Below, piece by piece: positions 30,031-45,597 of a DNA stretch of 64,000 nt; the stretch's first letter is position 1, and each line of letters starts with the position of its first letter. Origin of the DNA: Octopus sinensis (lineage: Eukaryota); NCBI RefSeq assembly GCF_006345805.1, contig NC_042998.1, forward strand, positions 200,880,001 through 200,944,000, read 5' to 3'. The position numbers were made by a program, and so were the translations under genes. A model generated the notes under the pieces. The model was not told the DNA's origin. It was given only the letters and a program-made list of their open reading frames with translations, and did not search any database.

Positions 30031-31645
30031 CTCGACGGAATATAAAATATAATGAAAATAAAATGGTCAAATAAGGGAGTTGATATAGGAAAGTTAAAAT
30101 TAATATATTTGGAATCCGCTCGTGATAACAAAAAATAATAAAAATGAGAGAAGTGAAAGATTTTCTGCTATTCGAGTAATAAGAAAAAAATGACTTTGGC
30201 ATTTAATATATTGTATCATGAAAGTTTGCGAGTGTCATTCTATCCAAATTCTGACATGATTAATGATTGATGGAATAATCTGAAGGTTTTGTTGTAAATA
30301 TGTTTACATCATACCACCAACCAGGTCTTTCTTTTTATGGTATTATACACTGATCTTAGTATAAACAACTATGTTCTGGAAAAACTCACATCTTGTCTTC
30401 TGTATATCTAAAAGGTGGTGCGCTGTTCAATATCGTGCACTCAAGGTTATACTTTGTTTTGTTTCCTTTAGCTGCCAAATTAGCAAACTCTCTCAAGTCG
30501 AACTTACTTTATTGAGATGTGGTTATAAAATCGGGATTTGAAAGTTGTTGCGCCATATCCTATGTAATGGTAAACTGTTATCTATAACAACCGAGCCTCT
30601 ACACACTACATACTTCTGAAGGCATATCAAAGGGAAATAGATTCAGGTCCCTACGATTACAACTATTATTTTTGTTGTTATTGTAACTCCTTGTATTATT
30701 GTTGTTGTTGTGGTGATAGTGGTGGTGGTTACTCCTATCCAAGTAACTATGCCTGTTGCTGTTATGCTTATTGTTATTTACCTTCTCTTCCTTCTCCTTC
30801 CCGTTCTCCTCAGCCTCCACCTTCCCCTCCGCCTCCTCTTCTCCATTGTTGTTGGTTCCAGCCCTATTATTATTATTATTTCTCCTGGCAACGCTGTTCT
30901 TTTTATCCTTAGTGTCTTTCTTATTATTTATATGACTACTAGTGGGCTCCGTGGAAAATGCCACAAAACAAAGATCATAAAGATAAGCTGTTTCATAAAG
31001 AAACGATGGTTTCCCTTTTTTTAGTCACAATAATATAATATATTATGGTTTACAAATTTCACCCCGTTAAGCACTTTATATTTCTCACCTTCAATAATAT
31101 AACATATTATGATTTCAAGCTTTCTCTCCTTCTCTCTACCTCTTCAACAAATATTTTAACAATATAATTACCCCCTTCATGTCTTTAACTTTTCTCTTTC
31201 GCTTCACCTCTCATTTCCCCTAACAACATGAGTGGCAGCATAATACATCAGCTGGATATCTTCTATCTCACTCTCTCTCACATTCCTTCTTCGTCTCCCA
31301 TACTCCACTTACTCTTCTCAAACAAATTAAACCGTAAATTATAAACGAACAGATAGAAGAAGGATATTATAAATATAAAGTACTTTTCACTGTCGACACA
31401 TCATACAGAACCTCGTTAACTCTTCTCTCTCCCTCTTTTCTCTCACCATCTTTTTCTCTTGTTCTTCGACTTTCTCTTTAACTAAGCACGTGACTCGTTT
31501 GGTTTTACACATCCTTCTCTATTTTTCGCTCATTTCTTTTTCTCTTGTCTTACTCTCCCATCCATCTAACACTTTTACTCCACCTCGACCTCCACCTCTC
31601 TGACTAAAGTGTAACGGGCGAACGAATAAGTAAATTATTATATAT

Positions 31646-31877
31646 ATTTCTTTACTACCCACAAGGGGCTAAACATAGAGGGGACAAACAAGGACTGACA
31701 AAGGGATTAAGTCGATTACATCGACCCCAGTGCGAATCTGGTACTTTATTTATCGACCCCGAAAGGATGAAAGGCAAAGTCGACCTCGGCGGAATTTGAA
31801 CTCAGAACACCTACCGGCAGACGAAATACGGCTACGCATTTCGCCCGGCGTGCTAACGTTTCTGCCAGCTCGCCGCC
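31646..31877 (-). mobile_element. SINE family A copy
   Basis: Full reverse-complement match ending tctgccagctcgccgcc. Flanked by a possible TSD, taaattattata. Confidence 0.9.
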
Positions 31878-32499
31878 AATAAATTATTATATTATTTGTA
31901 AATTATCATATAGATTTGTAGTAACCCAACATACTTGTTGCTATTATTATTGTTTCCATTACTATTTACATGTTTAGTGTTACAGCCATCAACATTATTA
32001 ATATTCTGTTTATCACTATTTGCATAATACGCATCACCAATATTCTCATTATTATTGTTATTCCTCTTCTTCCTGTTCTCATTGTTTCATTTGGGTAATG
32101 GATGATGCAGACCTGCGCTAAGGTCGAGTTTAATATAAATAGAATCGGAACAGCTTTTGAGGACATATGAAACGAAATGCGCAACGTATGAGATATCATG
32201 TACATGATGCAGGAATTTAATCAATATTGTATTAAAAATATTCGTGAATTGGCTCTGAAAGTATTTAAGAAGTATATGATGGAAATAAATCCAGGTTTCA
32301 CAATACGTATATTTTATAGAAAAGAAAAGTTGGCTGTATAATTCAAATATTCAAACACGGTAATGTCACTACTACTTAATGTAGCAGACGACTTTGACAT
32401 TTTTTGCATATATTTTTTCTTTGGATATATTGATATGTTAATTGAAAAAAAAATGTAATGCACCGAGGAATGAATATGATGTCTAGATTTTTTTATCTC

Positions 32500-32540
32500 T
32501 AGTTTCAGCTAAGAACTGCGGCCATGCTGATGCACCGCCG
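32500..32540 (-). mobile_element. 3'-terminal fragment related to SINE family B
   Basis: gtttcagctaagaactgcggccatgctgatgcaccgcc resembles the reverse complement of ggcggtgctccagcatggccgcagtcaaatgactgaaac (62749-62787). Confidence 0.55.
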
Positions 32541-32542
32541 TC

Positions 32543-32548
32543 AAAAAA
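32543..32548 (-). terminator. Pol III T6 terminator of tRNA-Arg
   Basis: TTTTTT on the minus strand about 22 nt downstream of the tRNA 3' end. Confidence 0.6.
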
Positions 32549-32569
32549 TATTTTTACAGAACGATTCGT

Positions 32570-32642
32570 TACCTCCGACGGGACTCGAACCCGCAATCCC
32601 CGGCTTAGGAGGCCGGTGCCTTATCCATTGGGCCACGGAGGC
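32570..32642 (-). tRNA. tRNA-Arg-CCT: tRNA-Arg (anticodon CCT)
   Basis: GCCTCCGTGGCCCAATGGATAAGGCACCGGCCTCCTAAGCCGGGGATTGCGGGTTCGAGTCCCGTCGGAGGTA: 73-nt cloverleaf, acceptor GCCTCCG/CGGAGGT, anticodon stem CCGGC/GCCGG, TTCGA T-loop. TATATA lies ~25-30 nt upstream and a T-run downstream. Confidence 0.97.
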
Positions 32643-34511
32643 TTCGTTTCTCAAGAAATCCATAGGCATATATAACTGTAAACTTTACTAATTAAGCTGA
32701 CAGCAATTGAACAACATTATCTATATTTTGTTGTTATTGATTTATTAATGCCTGTAAAATACTTAGAAATAAACAACATTTAAGAAGGAGTTTATTGTGA
32801 AGAACAAGAGACAGTGGAGTTCGTAGCTAATAATTTATCCCATTACAAGAAATGAGAAATGAACACCTTTGAATAAATCACTAATTATCTTGCAAATTGG
32901 TTTCCAGAAAAATCCCTGGAATAAATGTCTATCGCATTCTCTTGTTCTGCTCTGTTTTATTTTCGAAAGTAGGATTCCATTAACGGAAGGATCTTCTGTT
33001 AAATGTCACGGAAAGTGTTTTCAGATATTGTTCTCTGAAATCATATCTTTAAGTCATTCATGATAATCTTATTTACGATTTATGTGTATTACACCCTGAT
33101 TAGATTTGAAATTACTACGAGCGACCTGGCTGCATTATCGGTTAATTATGATTCTATAAACAGCTCCATTGAAAAGAAAGTATTGAATATTCCAGAAACG
33201 ATGGTATGCGCTCAAGGCAATTATCTACGTATTCAATAGGTTCCATCAAACCCATTATTAACTGCCGCTTCCTATATTTTTTGGTTCACTGAGCATATTT
33301 TTATCGTATTTCAGCCAAATATAAATCCACAATGAGGAGACATTCTTGGTGAAACCGCATCACTAATTCCTTACATTAAAGTGTCTTTTGATAATAAATT
33401 GACCATCTTTGTATGTATTGCATCAGAATCTAAGAGAGCTTTGTGGCAATACATGATATCTTATTAATCTGTCGCATTGTCCATCCAACTCCTGCTGTAT
33501 ACGATCTATTATTCAATATTCGCTAAGTACCCTGTCAACTAGCATAATTTCAGATAACATCAGACGTCATCATATTAACTGAACTTATATTCAATCATCC
33601 TTGAAAACTTGCAGTGAGATATTAATTTTAATTATACGCCGCGGGCTATTTTCTTTGTGTTACCAACAAAGGAAAATATACACATTTTTCGAATGATTAG
33701 AAACAAAGGATAAAAAATCATTACATGAAAGTGCGATTATATGTTATTAAATTTAACATTGATAGCATTTAGTATTTCATGAACGAAGTATAGATTATAT
33801 ATGTGTGGATTCTGTGAAGGATATAACCTAGATATACAGACTGCTGCAAATAATACTGAAGACTATCTTCTAAGTGTTGTTATTCAGTGTTAATACTACG
33901 ATTCATAAAACATACTCACTACCTATTAAATATTGTAGACAAGTATCTCATTGTTCCCGTGATCACTGCTGTAGTAAATAAGATATTTCTGTTTTTCCCT
34001 TTTAGAATGCTGTTTGATTATTTTACACGCATTTAGTTCGTTTAAAATGTATGTATCAGATTTAACCTGTTAAATTTAAAAACACCTTGCCGTCTTCTTC
34101 GAGGACAGAACTTTTCTTTCAGAAAATCATAACTTATTTCTAGTAACTGAAATTTAATGTATAATGTTCAAAAAGCACAATAGCGCAACAAGTGAACATA
34201 TTTCATACGCCCACTGTTATTTTACCGTTTCATTGTGCAGACATATCTGGAAGTGAGAAGTAAAACATTTTACAGTTACATATAACATACATAATTTATC
34301 TTTCAATAGTTCCAGTTATTGGATGGGGCCATGCCAGTTCACTGCCTTGAAGGGGTTCTTTTTAGACGAGCTAATCGAACTTCTCTTATTATCTAAGCTT
34401 TGTATTGTTCTACCGTTCTCTTTTGTCGAACTGCTATGTTGCGGGACCATAAACAAATCAATATCGGTTGTAAAACGGTGTAAGTTCAAACACAAAGACA
34501 CACAAAAACAT

Positions 34512-34630
<119 letters not shown>

Positions 34631-35267
34631 TCACAGGGACACGTATATGTGTGTGTGCGCGCGCGTATTTGCGCATTGTGTGTACATGTATCTATATATG
34701 TAGGCATATGCAGGAAAGTAATGTAAATATATTATAAATGCATACGAAAATACTGAAGAGTACTATTTAATGTGGATTAGATGGTTATATTACTTGGTTC
34801 ATTCAGTCTTGATTCTCGATAAATGAATGCTATTCATTGTCGCTTCCAACAGTGAGTTTCGTATTCCTTAAAAGCGGTGCGATGACCGTATAATTTGTAT
34901 CTTCATGTAATTATTTCATATGCAAAAAAAAATATTATCCCTGAATATGAATTCGGATTCCTACTATTCACGTGTCATTAATCGATATATCTTTTTAATG
35001 TATTTATCTTTACACTTAAGTTAATAAGAAGCTAGCAAATTAAATGTTTAAGGTGATCTAGATGTGGCCATCATTAAACTTAAAGCTACTAAGTTGTAAT
35101 TTGAGGTTAATTGGGATTTGGTTAATGCTTCTAACAACTAAAGCAACCAGGCTGAGCATCTCTGATAAGTTCAGTTTCATATATACTTCTGAAGCCCTTT
35201 CGCTTTGGTATAATTACAAGTTGACAAGGAAAATTTAATTACAATCTGTAACAATATAGTCTTCTAA

Positions 35268-35455
35268 GGCGGCGAGCTGGCAGAAACGTTAGTAGTATTT
35301 CGTCTGTCTTTACGGTCTGAGTTCAAATTCCTCCGAGGTCGAATGTACCTTTCATCCTATCGGGGTCGATAAATTAATTACCAGTTGCGTACTGGGGTCG
35401 ATTTAATCGACTGGCCCCCTACTCAAAAGTTTTCGGCCTTGTTCATAGAGAAGAA
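35268..35455 (+). mobile_element. SINE family A copy with target-site duplication
   Basis: Head ggcggcgagctggcagaaacgttag plus core. tatagtcttctaa is repeated on both sides (35255-35267 and 35464-35476). Confidence 0.85.
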
Positions 35456-35689
35456 AATAAGAGTATAGTCTTCTAAACTATTATATCGACACAATTATAT
35501 GATTTGTTTATTCAATAAAAACAAAGCTAATTTGGGTGTGAACGTCATTTGAACTCAAGTAATTTGACAACAAAAGTCGTATATCCTTTGCAACAGATTT
35601 AATGAATAATTTATATTGGAAAATAAATCTCTAGTATCATGTAGTAGAGGTGCTAAACGTAAAACGGCTGTAATTATTTCTTTTTTTTT

Positions 35690-36092
35690 ACTACCCACAT
35701 GGTGCTAAACATAGAGGGGACAAACAAGGACAGACAAAGGGATTAAGTCGATTACATCGACCCCAGTGCGAAACTTTCACTTTATTTATCAACTCCGAAA
35801 GGATGAAAGGCAAAGTCAACCTCGGCGGAATTTGCACTCAGAACGTAACGACAGACGAAATACCTATTTCGTTACTACCCAGAAGGGGCTAAGCACAGAG
35901 AGGACAAACAAAGACAGACAAACGGATTAAGTCGATTATATCGAACCAGTGCATAACTGGTACTTATTTAATCGACTCCGAAAGGATGACAGGCAAAGTT
36001 GACCTTGGCGGAATTTGAGCTCGGAACGTAGAGGCAGACGAAATACGGCTACGCATTTCGCCCGGCGTGCTAACATTTCTGCCAGCTCACCA
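35690..36092 (-). mobile_element. SINE family A, one head with two tandem bodies
   Basis: The body (core plus tail) occurs twice. acggctgtaat occurs on both sides. Confidence 0.85.
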
Positions 36093-37414
36093 CTTTACAC
36101 GGCTGTAATAATATCTACGTCAGTATAGGAGATTAGGAATGTAGGCAGTTCATAATTTTGTGGTGTTAAAATCGGATATGTATCTACCATAGATAGAATG
36201 ATATCACTACCATCAGATCAGCGATCTATTCTTAAAGGTTAACTAGACATGTATGAATCAATCAGCCTCAAAGACAGTACCCATCAATTACATCAAGAAA
36301 ATATGTTGTATCAACTTGGCATCCCTTTAAGAAAATGTGAATTCCGAACATTGAAATAGCTGAAAAGAGACTGAAATCTTTTAGACCATGTATTTACCAC
36401 TTGCTCCGAGACTAACGCGTTGACAATGAGTAAGAAATATTTCAAATCTTTCAGTTTTTGTTTCCAGTTTCAGTTAATCTTAATTCAAAGCTAGAATTTT
36501 GTTTTTCATTTCCCACAGCTGGGAGAAATATCGTGTGTGGTTTTTATTATATCTTTGTCTAATGCTTTTATCAGATTTCACTACCCTCCAGACATTTCTT
36601 CTTATAAAGACAACCATTCAATTGCTATCTCAATAAATTGATATTTCTTTCGCCAAAGGAAACATTTCTTTAACAACTACTAACTCTGACATTTCCAGGT
36701 TAAAGGTCACCCGTACAATTAGAATACATCTTCGGCAATGTTGACTTCTTGTCTCCGCCTATGTTAATCTCAATAACTTCTCTTATATGTTAAGGAATAT
36801 AAAGTTATTAACTGAGTATACCCTCTCCGAGAAAGAGCTGCAGATATTAAACTTGTCATACATTTATTAGCAGTTTCACTATGTGTACGAGTGGTTCCGC
36901 CGGTGTTTCTCGTGATATGAAGACCATCATTATCACATGGAAGCAGTGACTATTGTATACGAATTAATATATGAAAAATTACAAAATGAAGTTTAATTAT
37001 ATTTAATATCACTTAATAACATTGAATAATCAGTTGTTTGCATTTTAAACAACGTCAAGCGTGCAAATATTATCCGACTGCACTAGTGAATAAAAAGCTC
37101 TGAGGGTCCTCATACCTTTCATTCTGGTCCATACTATCCTTTATATTTGCAGGTTTTTTTCTTCTAATTTTATAATGTAGAAATCTTGATTTAATGAACT
37201 GTTGTTTCACGCTGAGTGCGTTTATTAAAATTCTAGAAATGGGTCAGCATGTTATTATCTTCTACAGTTGTTTCACGGCATGATATTCAAGTCATTTATA
37301 TTCCACTTCTATATATAACAATTTGAATATCTTTCAGTTTTATACAATAAAAAATGTTATATTTGTTTAGACTAAAAGAACAAGACAAAAACGGACATTT
37401 TTTAGTCAGAATAT

Positions 37415-37462
<48 letters not shown>

Positions 37463-37479
37463 ATATATGTGTGTGTGTG

Positions 37480-37541
<62 letters not shown>

Positions 37542-38094
37542 ATTCATAACTGCAATATGGAGAAAACAACGATGTAAGTTTATAGAAGTTGTGAAAACTA
37601 GACCAATGAATCATTGTGTATTTAAAGAAAACGTCGGTTTTACGTTCTTCGTCTTATTTAATGCCTGTATCCACTAAATCTATACTCAAAAAGCACTCGT
37701 GTGCACCTTTCTTCATAAGCTATTAAGAGAGAGCTTTGACTGTTGTTACTAATATGAGGAGTGACCAGATAGAAGTCAACCTACCCGTTCGTATCGGAAG
37801 CATAGTGAATAACAGATAAAATAAATCCCTGTTTACAGAAGTAAATCACTGATTGATTTTAACACTACAATTTTTAAGAAACATGTACACAGAGGGGGAT
37901 GGGTAATCGTGAACCACTCAAGAGAATTAAGCTATTATATTGTACAACTGAGAATGGTTTAGGAAGTTTCCAGTCTTTAAGTGGAAATGACTGTGAAGTG
38001 ACTGTTGCTTCACCAATAATTATTTGTGGGTGTGTGTTTGAAGAATAATCTTTTCTATTAGAAGCACCAGACGTGGAATTTGGGAGGAGGGGTA

Positions 38095-38627
38095 TAGTCG
38101 ACCACATTGAACCCAGTATTTCAGTGGGGCTTAATTTATCGACCTCGAAAGAATGAAACGCAAAGTTGACCTCGGTTAAACTACTAATACTACTACTGCT
38201 GCTGCTGCCACAACGACAATGACCAGGACGACAAATATTACAAATACCACAACTAATAATAATCCTTCCTTCTATAGGAACAAGACCTGAAATTTAATTT
38301 TGGAGGTGTCTAGGTGATTACATCAACTCTAGTATTTCACTGGTACTTAATTTATCGATATAAGGATGAAGGCAAGGTCGACCTCGGTGGAGTTAAAACT
38401 CAGAACGTAGCGACAGACGAAATACCTATTTCTTTACTACCCACAAGGGGCTAAACACAGAGAGGACAAACAAGGACAGACACACGGATTAAGTCGATTA
38501 CATCGACCCCAGTGCGTAACTGGTACTTATTTAATCGACCCCGAAAGGATGAAAGGTAAAGTCGACCAGACGAAATACCACTAAGCATTTCGCTCGGCAT
38601 GTTAGCGATTCTGCTAGCTCACCACCT
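38095..38627 (-). mobile_element. SINE family A multimer / degenerate cluster
   Basis: Three partial core copies; the head lies at 38570-38627. Confidence 0.75.
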
Positions 38628-39298
38628 TAATAATAATAATAATAAGAAGAAGAAGAAGAAGAGGAAGAAATGACCTGATGCAGTACCAGGCAGTGGCTCT
38701 CAAGTGACTTGAAGTGTTACATATTTTGCTTTGGCATAAAAGATGCGCTACAACAGGTATCCTGCTCAATATCATAGATTTGCTTATCAGTTGCTTGACT
38801 TTAACCAGTTGAGCTAATGTCTCTTAATGCCTGACGATATGTGCATCTCTGTTCACCAGCAGAAGTAATGCGGAAACGTCATAGCCATGGGGTTTGAATA
38901 ATTCACCTTTGGGGTTTTTGTCCATCATCCTTAAAAAACAACATTTTGCCAATAATTCTTAAACAACAACAACTACAGCAATATTAGCTAGAAGAAAATG
39001 TTCTTTTTATCTATTCAAGAATAATTCCCATGTTTTGTTCTTTATTGTATACACTCACTATCCATTAAGAGATTTTATATATCTCCGTCCGATTTTGCTT
39101 TACATAAAAAAACACAAAACACTAATTTTTTTCCTGTATAGCGCCAAGTTCATATATATATATATACATATATATATATGTATTTATATTTCCCGAAGTT
39201 TGTGGGGAGTGAACCAATCCAATCGATTAGATCAACCCCAGTACGCAGCGGGTACTTAATTTATCGGTCCGGAAAGGACTAAAGGCAAAGTCGTATAT

Positions 39299-39359
<61 letters not shown>

Positions 39360-42090
39360 TACATACGCTCACATTTACGAGCGGTTACTGTACCTCAAGG
39401 CCACTCTGATGCATAAATCACGTTACTATGTACTATGCATCTCATTACAAATTATGCGATGCCAATTTGATATGATAACAACGGCGAAATACAAGTGAAC
39501 TTCTAGTTAACAATTAGATAAACATTTTTGGAGTTTTAAAATACAAGAACTTCAACCTAAAACTTTTCGGGGGACTGTTGATATTTCAATATGTTTATCT
39601 CATTTCGTGAATTTCGGCGCTCTATCCTGCACACATAATGATGAGCACACACGAGCATTTAATTATTTACTAATTTACTAATTATTTACTAATGCCTCCT
39701 CTACACTCCAACAATGTCATTAAATTCTCTATACATTCTTATATGGAAGTAAGCAAATCTTTTGAAATACGATTTATATTTTTACAATTAAATCGATATT
39801 ATGGTTTTCCTATTGGTTGGATATTAATCTAAATTCGCTTCAATGAAATTTGCAACATGAGTCATAGCGAATGAGGAATACATGCCTGCACACACACACA
39901 CACACAAACATATATGCATATATACATACATACGTGCATACGACCATGATATAGATATAAGATGATAGAATGCGTTAGACTGAGTGAGAGGCAGGACATA
40001 AATAAACACCTACACATACATTCGACTCTTTGGAGAAGGTTTCATAGGCTTTTGTAATCGAACATCAAACATATCGATTTTTAAATTTCATTCAGAATAT
40101 TTTTGCATTCACGAGGAAAGTTTGTAAACTCTGCAAGAAATATATTTGTATCTCTACTTCCATTTTTGTTTTTCATAGAAATATTTTTTTTATATATTTG
40201 CATAATAAATTTATTTATATTTCCTTTGGTTGTTTCGATAATTTTACAGATCAATCTTGTTCAGGAATAAAGGTTCGATACTCCAGTTTTCTGATTTAAA
40301 AAAAGGGGAACTTGTCTAATATAGTCATCACTGTATTACATGAGCTGATCAACAGTGGCAGTTCTATTGATTCCCTGTTACAATTATCCTACTGTATTTC
40401 TATCGTTAATACATTAAGCAAGGCATGAACATCAGAGAATTTCACGTGCAAAATCCCTAAAAGAAGGCGATAACTATATATCACAATAGCAACAATGGAA
40501 GTGCTCACATTTCACTAGCATTCGACAATATGACAATGGTAAACCGGTAACCACTGCAAGCCATAAGCAGTGAAGTTCTGGACAATAGCCTGCATCTCGA
40601 GGAACCTCAATGGAATAATTATATCCAGAGGACATTTCCCTACGGGATCATCAATACTTTGTGTTGGATCAGTGCCAAATTCTGCATGCACAGTTGTATC
40701 TAAATGGGGCAGAATTCGACAAAACGTGCAATACAGTCGCTCACTTTCTTCAGATTACTGACAGTTAAGTAAAACATCTACTGTCCTGCGTAGAGCAATT
40801 TTCTCTGTTCTCTCCACCTCCTTATTTTGCCGTGGGAAGTCTGGCAACCTCTGTCAGTTTTGTATACATGGTGTTCATCATAGTTACAATGTGTAATGAA
40901 AACTATTCTTAAACACAAAGAAATTTGCCTTATAACAGAGAAAACATACGCGTTGAAAGTTTGTCCAATTATTCAAGAGTTCATAAAAACTATGTATCTT
41001 CATTTACCACCCACCAAAAAAATATATATATATATAATAAATAAACCTGATATTTTCGGGTTTTCTGCACTACGTGTGTAAAACAGTTGTAGATACTAGT
41101 AATAATAAAAATTTCCTTCTTGTCTGTTACATATATGTAATACACGACGTTTTGCATATGAGTGCCTCCTGAAAATATTTGAGTTTTTCTATGAGGTTTA
41201 GTGTGGATTAAGTTATCTATACGAATACGTGGCTAGGCTAGTTATCTGATTCGGACGTTTTGTGCGGTTTTCTCTATGATATCGAGTAAAGAATATGTGA
41301 AAGAATATCTGGTACTTTTTCATTACTTACCAATTACGTAAGACTATGTAGAAATTATTAAATGATTTTTGCATCAAACCAGTAAAATATAACGTTTGCA
41401 ATACACAGAAAAACTTTGGTTGAGTTTTCATACTGAGTTGAAATACTTTTGCGAAGGATATAAACTGCAACTGGCAGCTGTGTATTTTAGCTTGTGCTTG
41501 ACGTTGTCAGGTTCCGTTTTAATATTTTTCTCCATCTTTACTATACAGTGTTCTGTAAATAATACTGGTGCCGGATTTACTTCCATTCTATAGATATTTG
41601 TACTTATCTTTAAATGTTTCTGTGTAAATCTTTGATCAGAAGGGATCGTAGTGTTTTTCTAACGGATAATTATATCCGAGTTATTCACCTAGGGAACGTT
41701 GTCTATGCTGACTGATATATTTCATACAAAAATTACCACTTCATAGTTTTGTACTGCTTTTGATATACGCTTATGCAGATTCTCTGATAGCAAGAATAGG
41801 TGACGATCTCTTGCCAAATAAATACAGCAACCGACCAGATCTTTTGTTCTTTAGATGTAACCTGAAATTACTTGAACTGTGCTATAAAAATTGACATCAA
41901 TATTTCCCTTCTTGTACTGACTGTATTGTGTTCAATTTACACTCAGGTATGGTTATATAACGTTCTTTTTATCAAGGTGGAGGGAACGGGATATCAATCC
42001 TTCGCAGTCAACATCAGACTTACTATTTTAACTATTGTGAAACATTTTAGACTTCTTCCCCGTCTATTATTAATAGCAACTTTTCAGTAA

Positions 42091-42177
42091 GTAGACAGTT
42101 GCCCAAGGTGCCACGCAGTGGGAAGGAACTCGGAACCATGTGGTTGGTAAGCAAGCTACTTACCACACAGCCACTCC
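42091..42177 (-). mobile_element. SINE family B head fragment
   Basis: gttgcccaaggtgccacgcagtgg...ggaaccatgtggttggtaagcaagctacttaccacacagccac. Confidence 0.8.
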
Positions 42178-43685
42178 TGTGCCTATGTTCGTGATTTGAT
42201 TAACACTTATGTACATCATTCTATCACTCTTACTATATAGTGCAATTAAAACACAAAACGACCGAAGTTTTAAAATATGACGCAAACATATGGTGTCGGA
42301 ATCTGCAATTGTCTCACCAAAATATCGCAGGCAAGCTGCACTCAAAACTATATGAATTATATAGACACATGCTGTACATAAAATGCGTAAGCTCAATGCT
42401 CAAGCACTGTTTCATTTTTATATAATCCTCCAACTACATATATATTTCTCAGCATGATGATACTGCAATTTTCAAAATGATTGTCGGTATAGAGACTGAA
42501 AATTATCCAGTTGATATCTGGTCAACATTAGCCGACATTGCTTTGATCAATCATTGGTGAAGGTGGTCCTGTGGACTTTATGATGACACGTCAATGATAA
42601 ATGACCCTAAATTTTTACAGTCGTGTGACATGTCAGGTGATAAAACATGTCTCGTATGGCCCCCTGCTTATAGCCCGTGTGTTATATTGTCTGCCCAATG
42701 ATGAACCATAATTTATGCGACACATTTCGTGAAAAAATATACTTCTCATGTCTGGTTTAGACGTATTTTTCACTTCCAGCAGGATTAGTTTAACAGGAGA
42801 CTTCATTTTTTTAGCAAGAAATACTGGTGTGATCCATGAGGAATAAATATCTCTGGCCATAAAAGAAGTTACAAATGGTTAAGTTAGATGGTGGATAGTT
42901 TTTCATTTTTTTAACACTTTGTATTTGTTCGCGTTTTTCTTTCATTTCGTTCGTCATATCAGCTTATCGCATCACTAAGCTAAGTAAATCGTTGACACTG
43001 ACCCAGGAAAACTTCACTAGAATTATTTTCTATACGAACGAATTGATTTGGACATAGCATATTTAATATAGTGAGCGAAGATTATTGAAGGTAATGAAAA
43101 TTACACCTGTGATGAGTAGAAAATATATTAGCGTTAATGATAATAAAAATATTCAACAATAACAAGTAAAACAATTGAATTAAAGTGCAAAATCACATAG
43201 GGGCATCCAGTGTATTATTCATTTTATACTTGGTAAAAACCGTGATGAACCCAGCCACGCTTGAATGAAACGTCGACTCCAAATTAGTATATTATCTTTC
43301 TTGAGCTAAATCATATACATGTTTTCATGAAACACATTGTTTCACTGGTTAAACAATTGAAAATACGATAGCGAACATTTCTTTGAGCTGCTTCAATATT
43401 TAACAATGCTTGAAGTTAACTAACAACACACAATCAATTAAAATTCCTTGGAAGATGTCCCAATGTCATTACTTTAACTTTGATAGACCTTGGATACTTA
43501 AACATAAAGATTAAACATTATGATATTCTTTCAAACGTATTTTTATTAAAATCAAATTCAAGATTTGCAAAGTTCTCACAGAACTTCAAATGTTTCTAAT
43601 TTTGGAACTAAATTCATAAAAGAGAGGACACACTCCTGAAGCATAAATATCTCAGAACAAAATGTTTATGCAATTACTGACAGAT

Positions 43686-44160
<475 letters not shown>

Positions 44161-45362
44161 AATATAATTTATCCGATTTTTAACGAATTCGAAATTCGCA
44201 GTGATCCCACTTGTCTTTCACTAGAATAATCAATAACTTTATTGATCACAACTGTAACACAGCTACGTAAAACGTAACGTCTTTGAAGCGAATTGATGTT
44301 GGACGTTAATGAAAAATAAAAGTATCTCATCAAAAGTTAAATATTTATGCTAGGACAGCAATACAATTTATGACGTATATTTTGTACATTTTTTTTAGGA
44401 TTTTTCATTCATTTTATTGAATTGAAATCCCTTATTGATTGACATTTTAATTAGCTCCAACATAGGTACATTGATTACAAGTAGCAAGCGAAAGTGAAAT
44501 CATTTGACCAATATTTCCTGACATGTTTAGTAAAGAAAACTTCATATTCAGCGAAATTTGGGTCAAATAATATAATCTTAAACACTTTTGACGTTACCGG
44601 TGGCATTTATTCATTTATTATTTCTCTAACTTTTTGGAAATGAAAAACAAATTATAGGAAAAACAAAATTTTATTGGTATTTTAATACTTTTCTTTTTTA
44701 GAAATTTTTATTTCTTGAAATGTGTCTGTTAACTATTTTTTTTTTTGATATTTTTGTAGCATTCTAAAATATTATCTTTTATATTTTCTTCTTTTCTTCT
44801 TTCAAAATACATGAATTTCAACTTCTTCGCTACTACCTTGCTTGTGACACATGTTAATGGTAAATTTGCTAAATATAAGAAATGCACGATTATAAAATGT
44901 TTCGAAAATAAAGAAATAAGATTGCTTGAATATAATACAGAATGATAGATGATCAATTTATTGCAGGTGCAAAAATGTCAAAATTCACATCGGTAAAAAC
45001 GATTATAACGGATTTACGCTTTAAATATGTTAGTCGATAAAATTAATCACTTGAGATCTGAAGAAATGGGAATATCTGAAATTGCTCTCCGTTTGAATTG
45101 AAAGATCGGTCGAAAAACCTTAATGTCGAGTTGACTAGCCCATAGTGTACTATACGCTAAATGGAGAGCGGTTAATGTAATAACAAGTAATTTCCAGATA
45201 ATGATTACCTACATTTGGGTTATCTTTGTTCATTATGATAACTTATCTATTCTTAATAGAGAAAGTGATCCTGAAATTCTGTTATCTGTAACATTTGGAG
45301 ACATTGTGTTTCATTCTAAATTGCGTCGAATTTTGAATTGACACTGTTGTGTGTTAACCATA

Positions 45363-45597
45363 TCTATTTCTTTACTACCCACAAGGGGCTAAACACAGAG
45401 AGGACAAACAAGGACAGACAAACGGATTAAGTCGATTTTATCGACCCCAGTGCGTAACTGGTACTTATTTAATAGACCCCGAAAGGATCAAAGGCAAAGT
45501 CGACCTCGGCGGGATTTGAACTCAGAACGTAACGGCAGACGAAATGGGGTTACGCATTTCGCCCGGCGTGCTAACGATTCTGCCAGCTCGCCGCCTT
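45363..45597 (-). mobile_element. SINE family A copy with target-site duplication
   Basis: Full-length copy; tgtgttaaccatatc / tgtgttgaccatatc flank it. Confidence 0.9.

Noticed and set aside
30599-31024. Overlapping Asn/Glu-rich ORFs
   Set aside because: Degenerate trinucleotide low-complexity sequence with no splice or domain evidence.
38826-38886. Hammerhead-like CTGACGA...GAAACGTC
   Set aside because: Both boxes are present, but stem I does not pair and stem II is offset by extra bases.
40300-40870. Higher-complexity stretch as a possible host exon
   Set aside because: The frames I translated contain stops and no recognisable motif. It cannot be supported without RNA-seq or a homology search.
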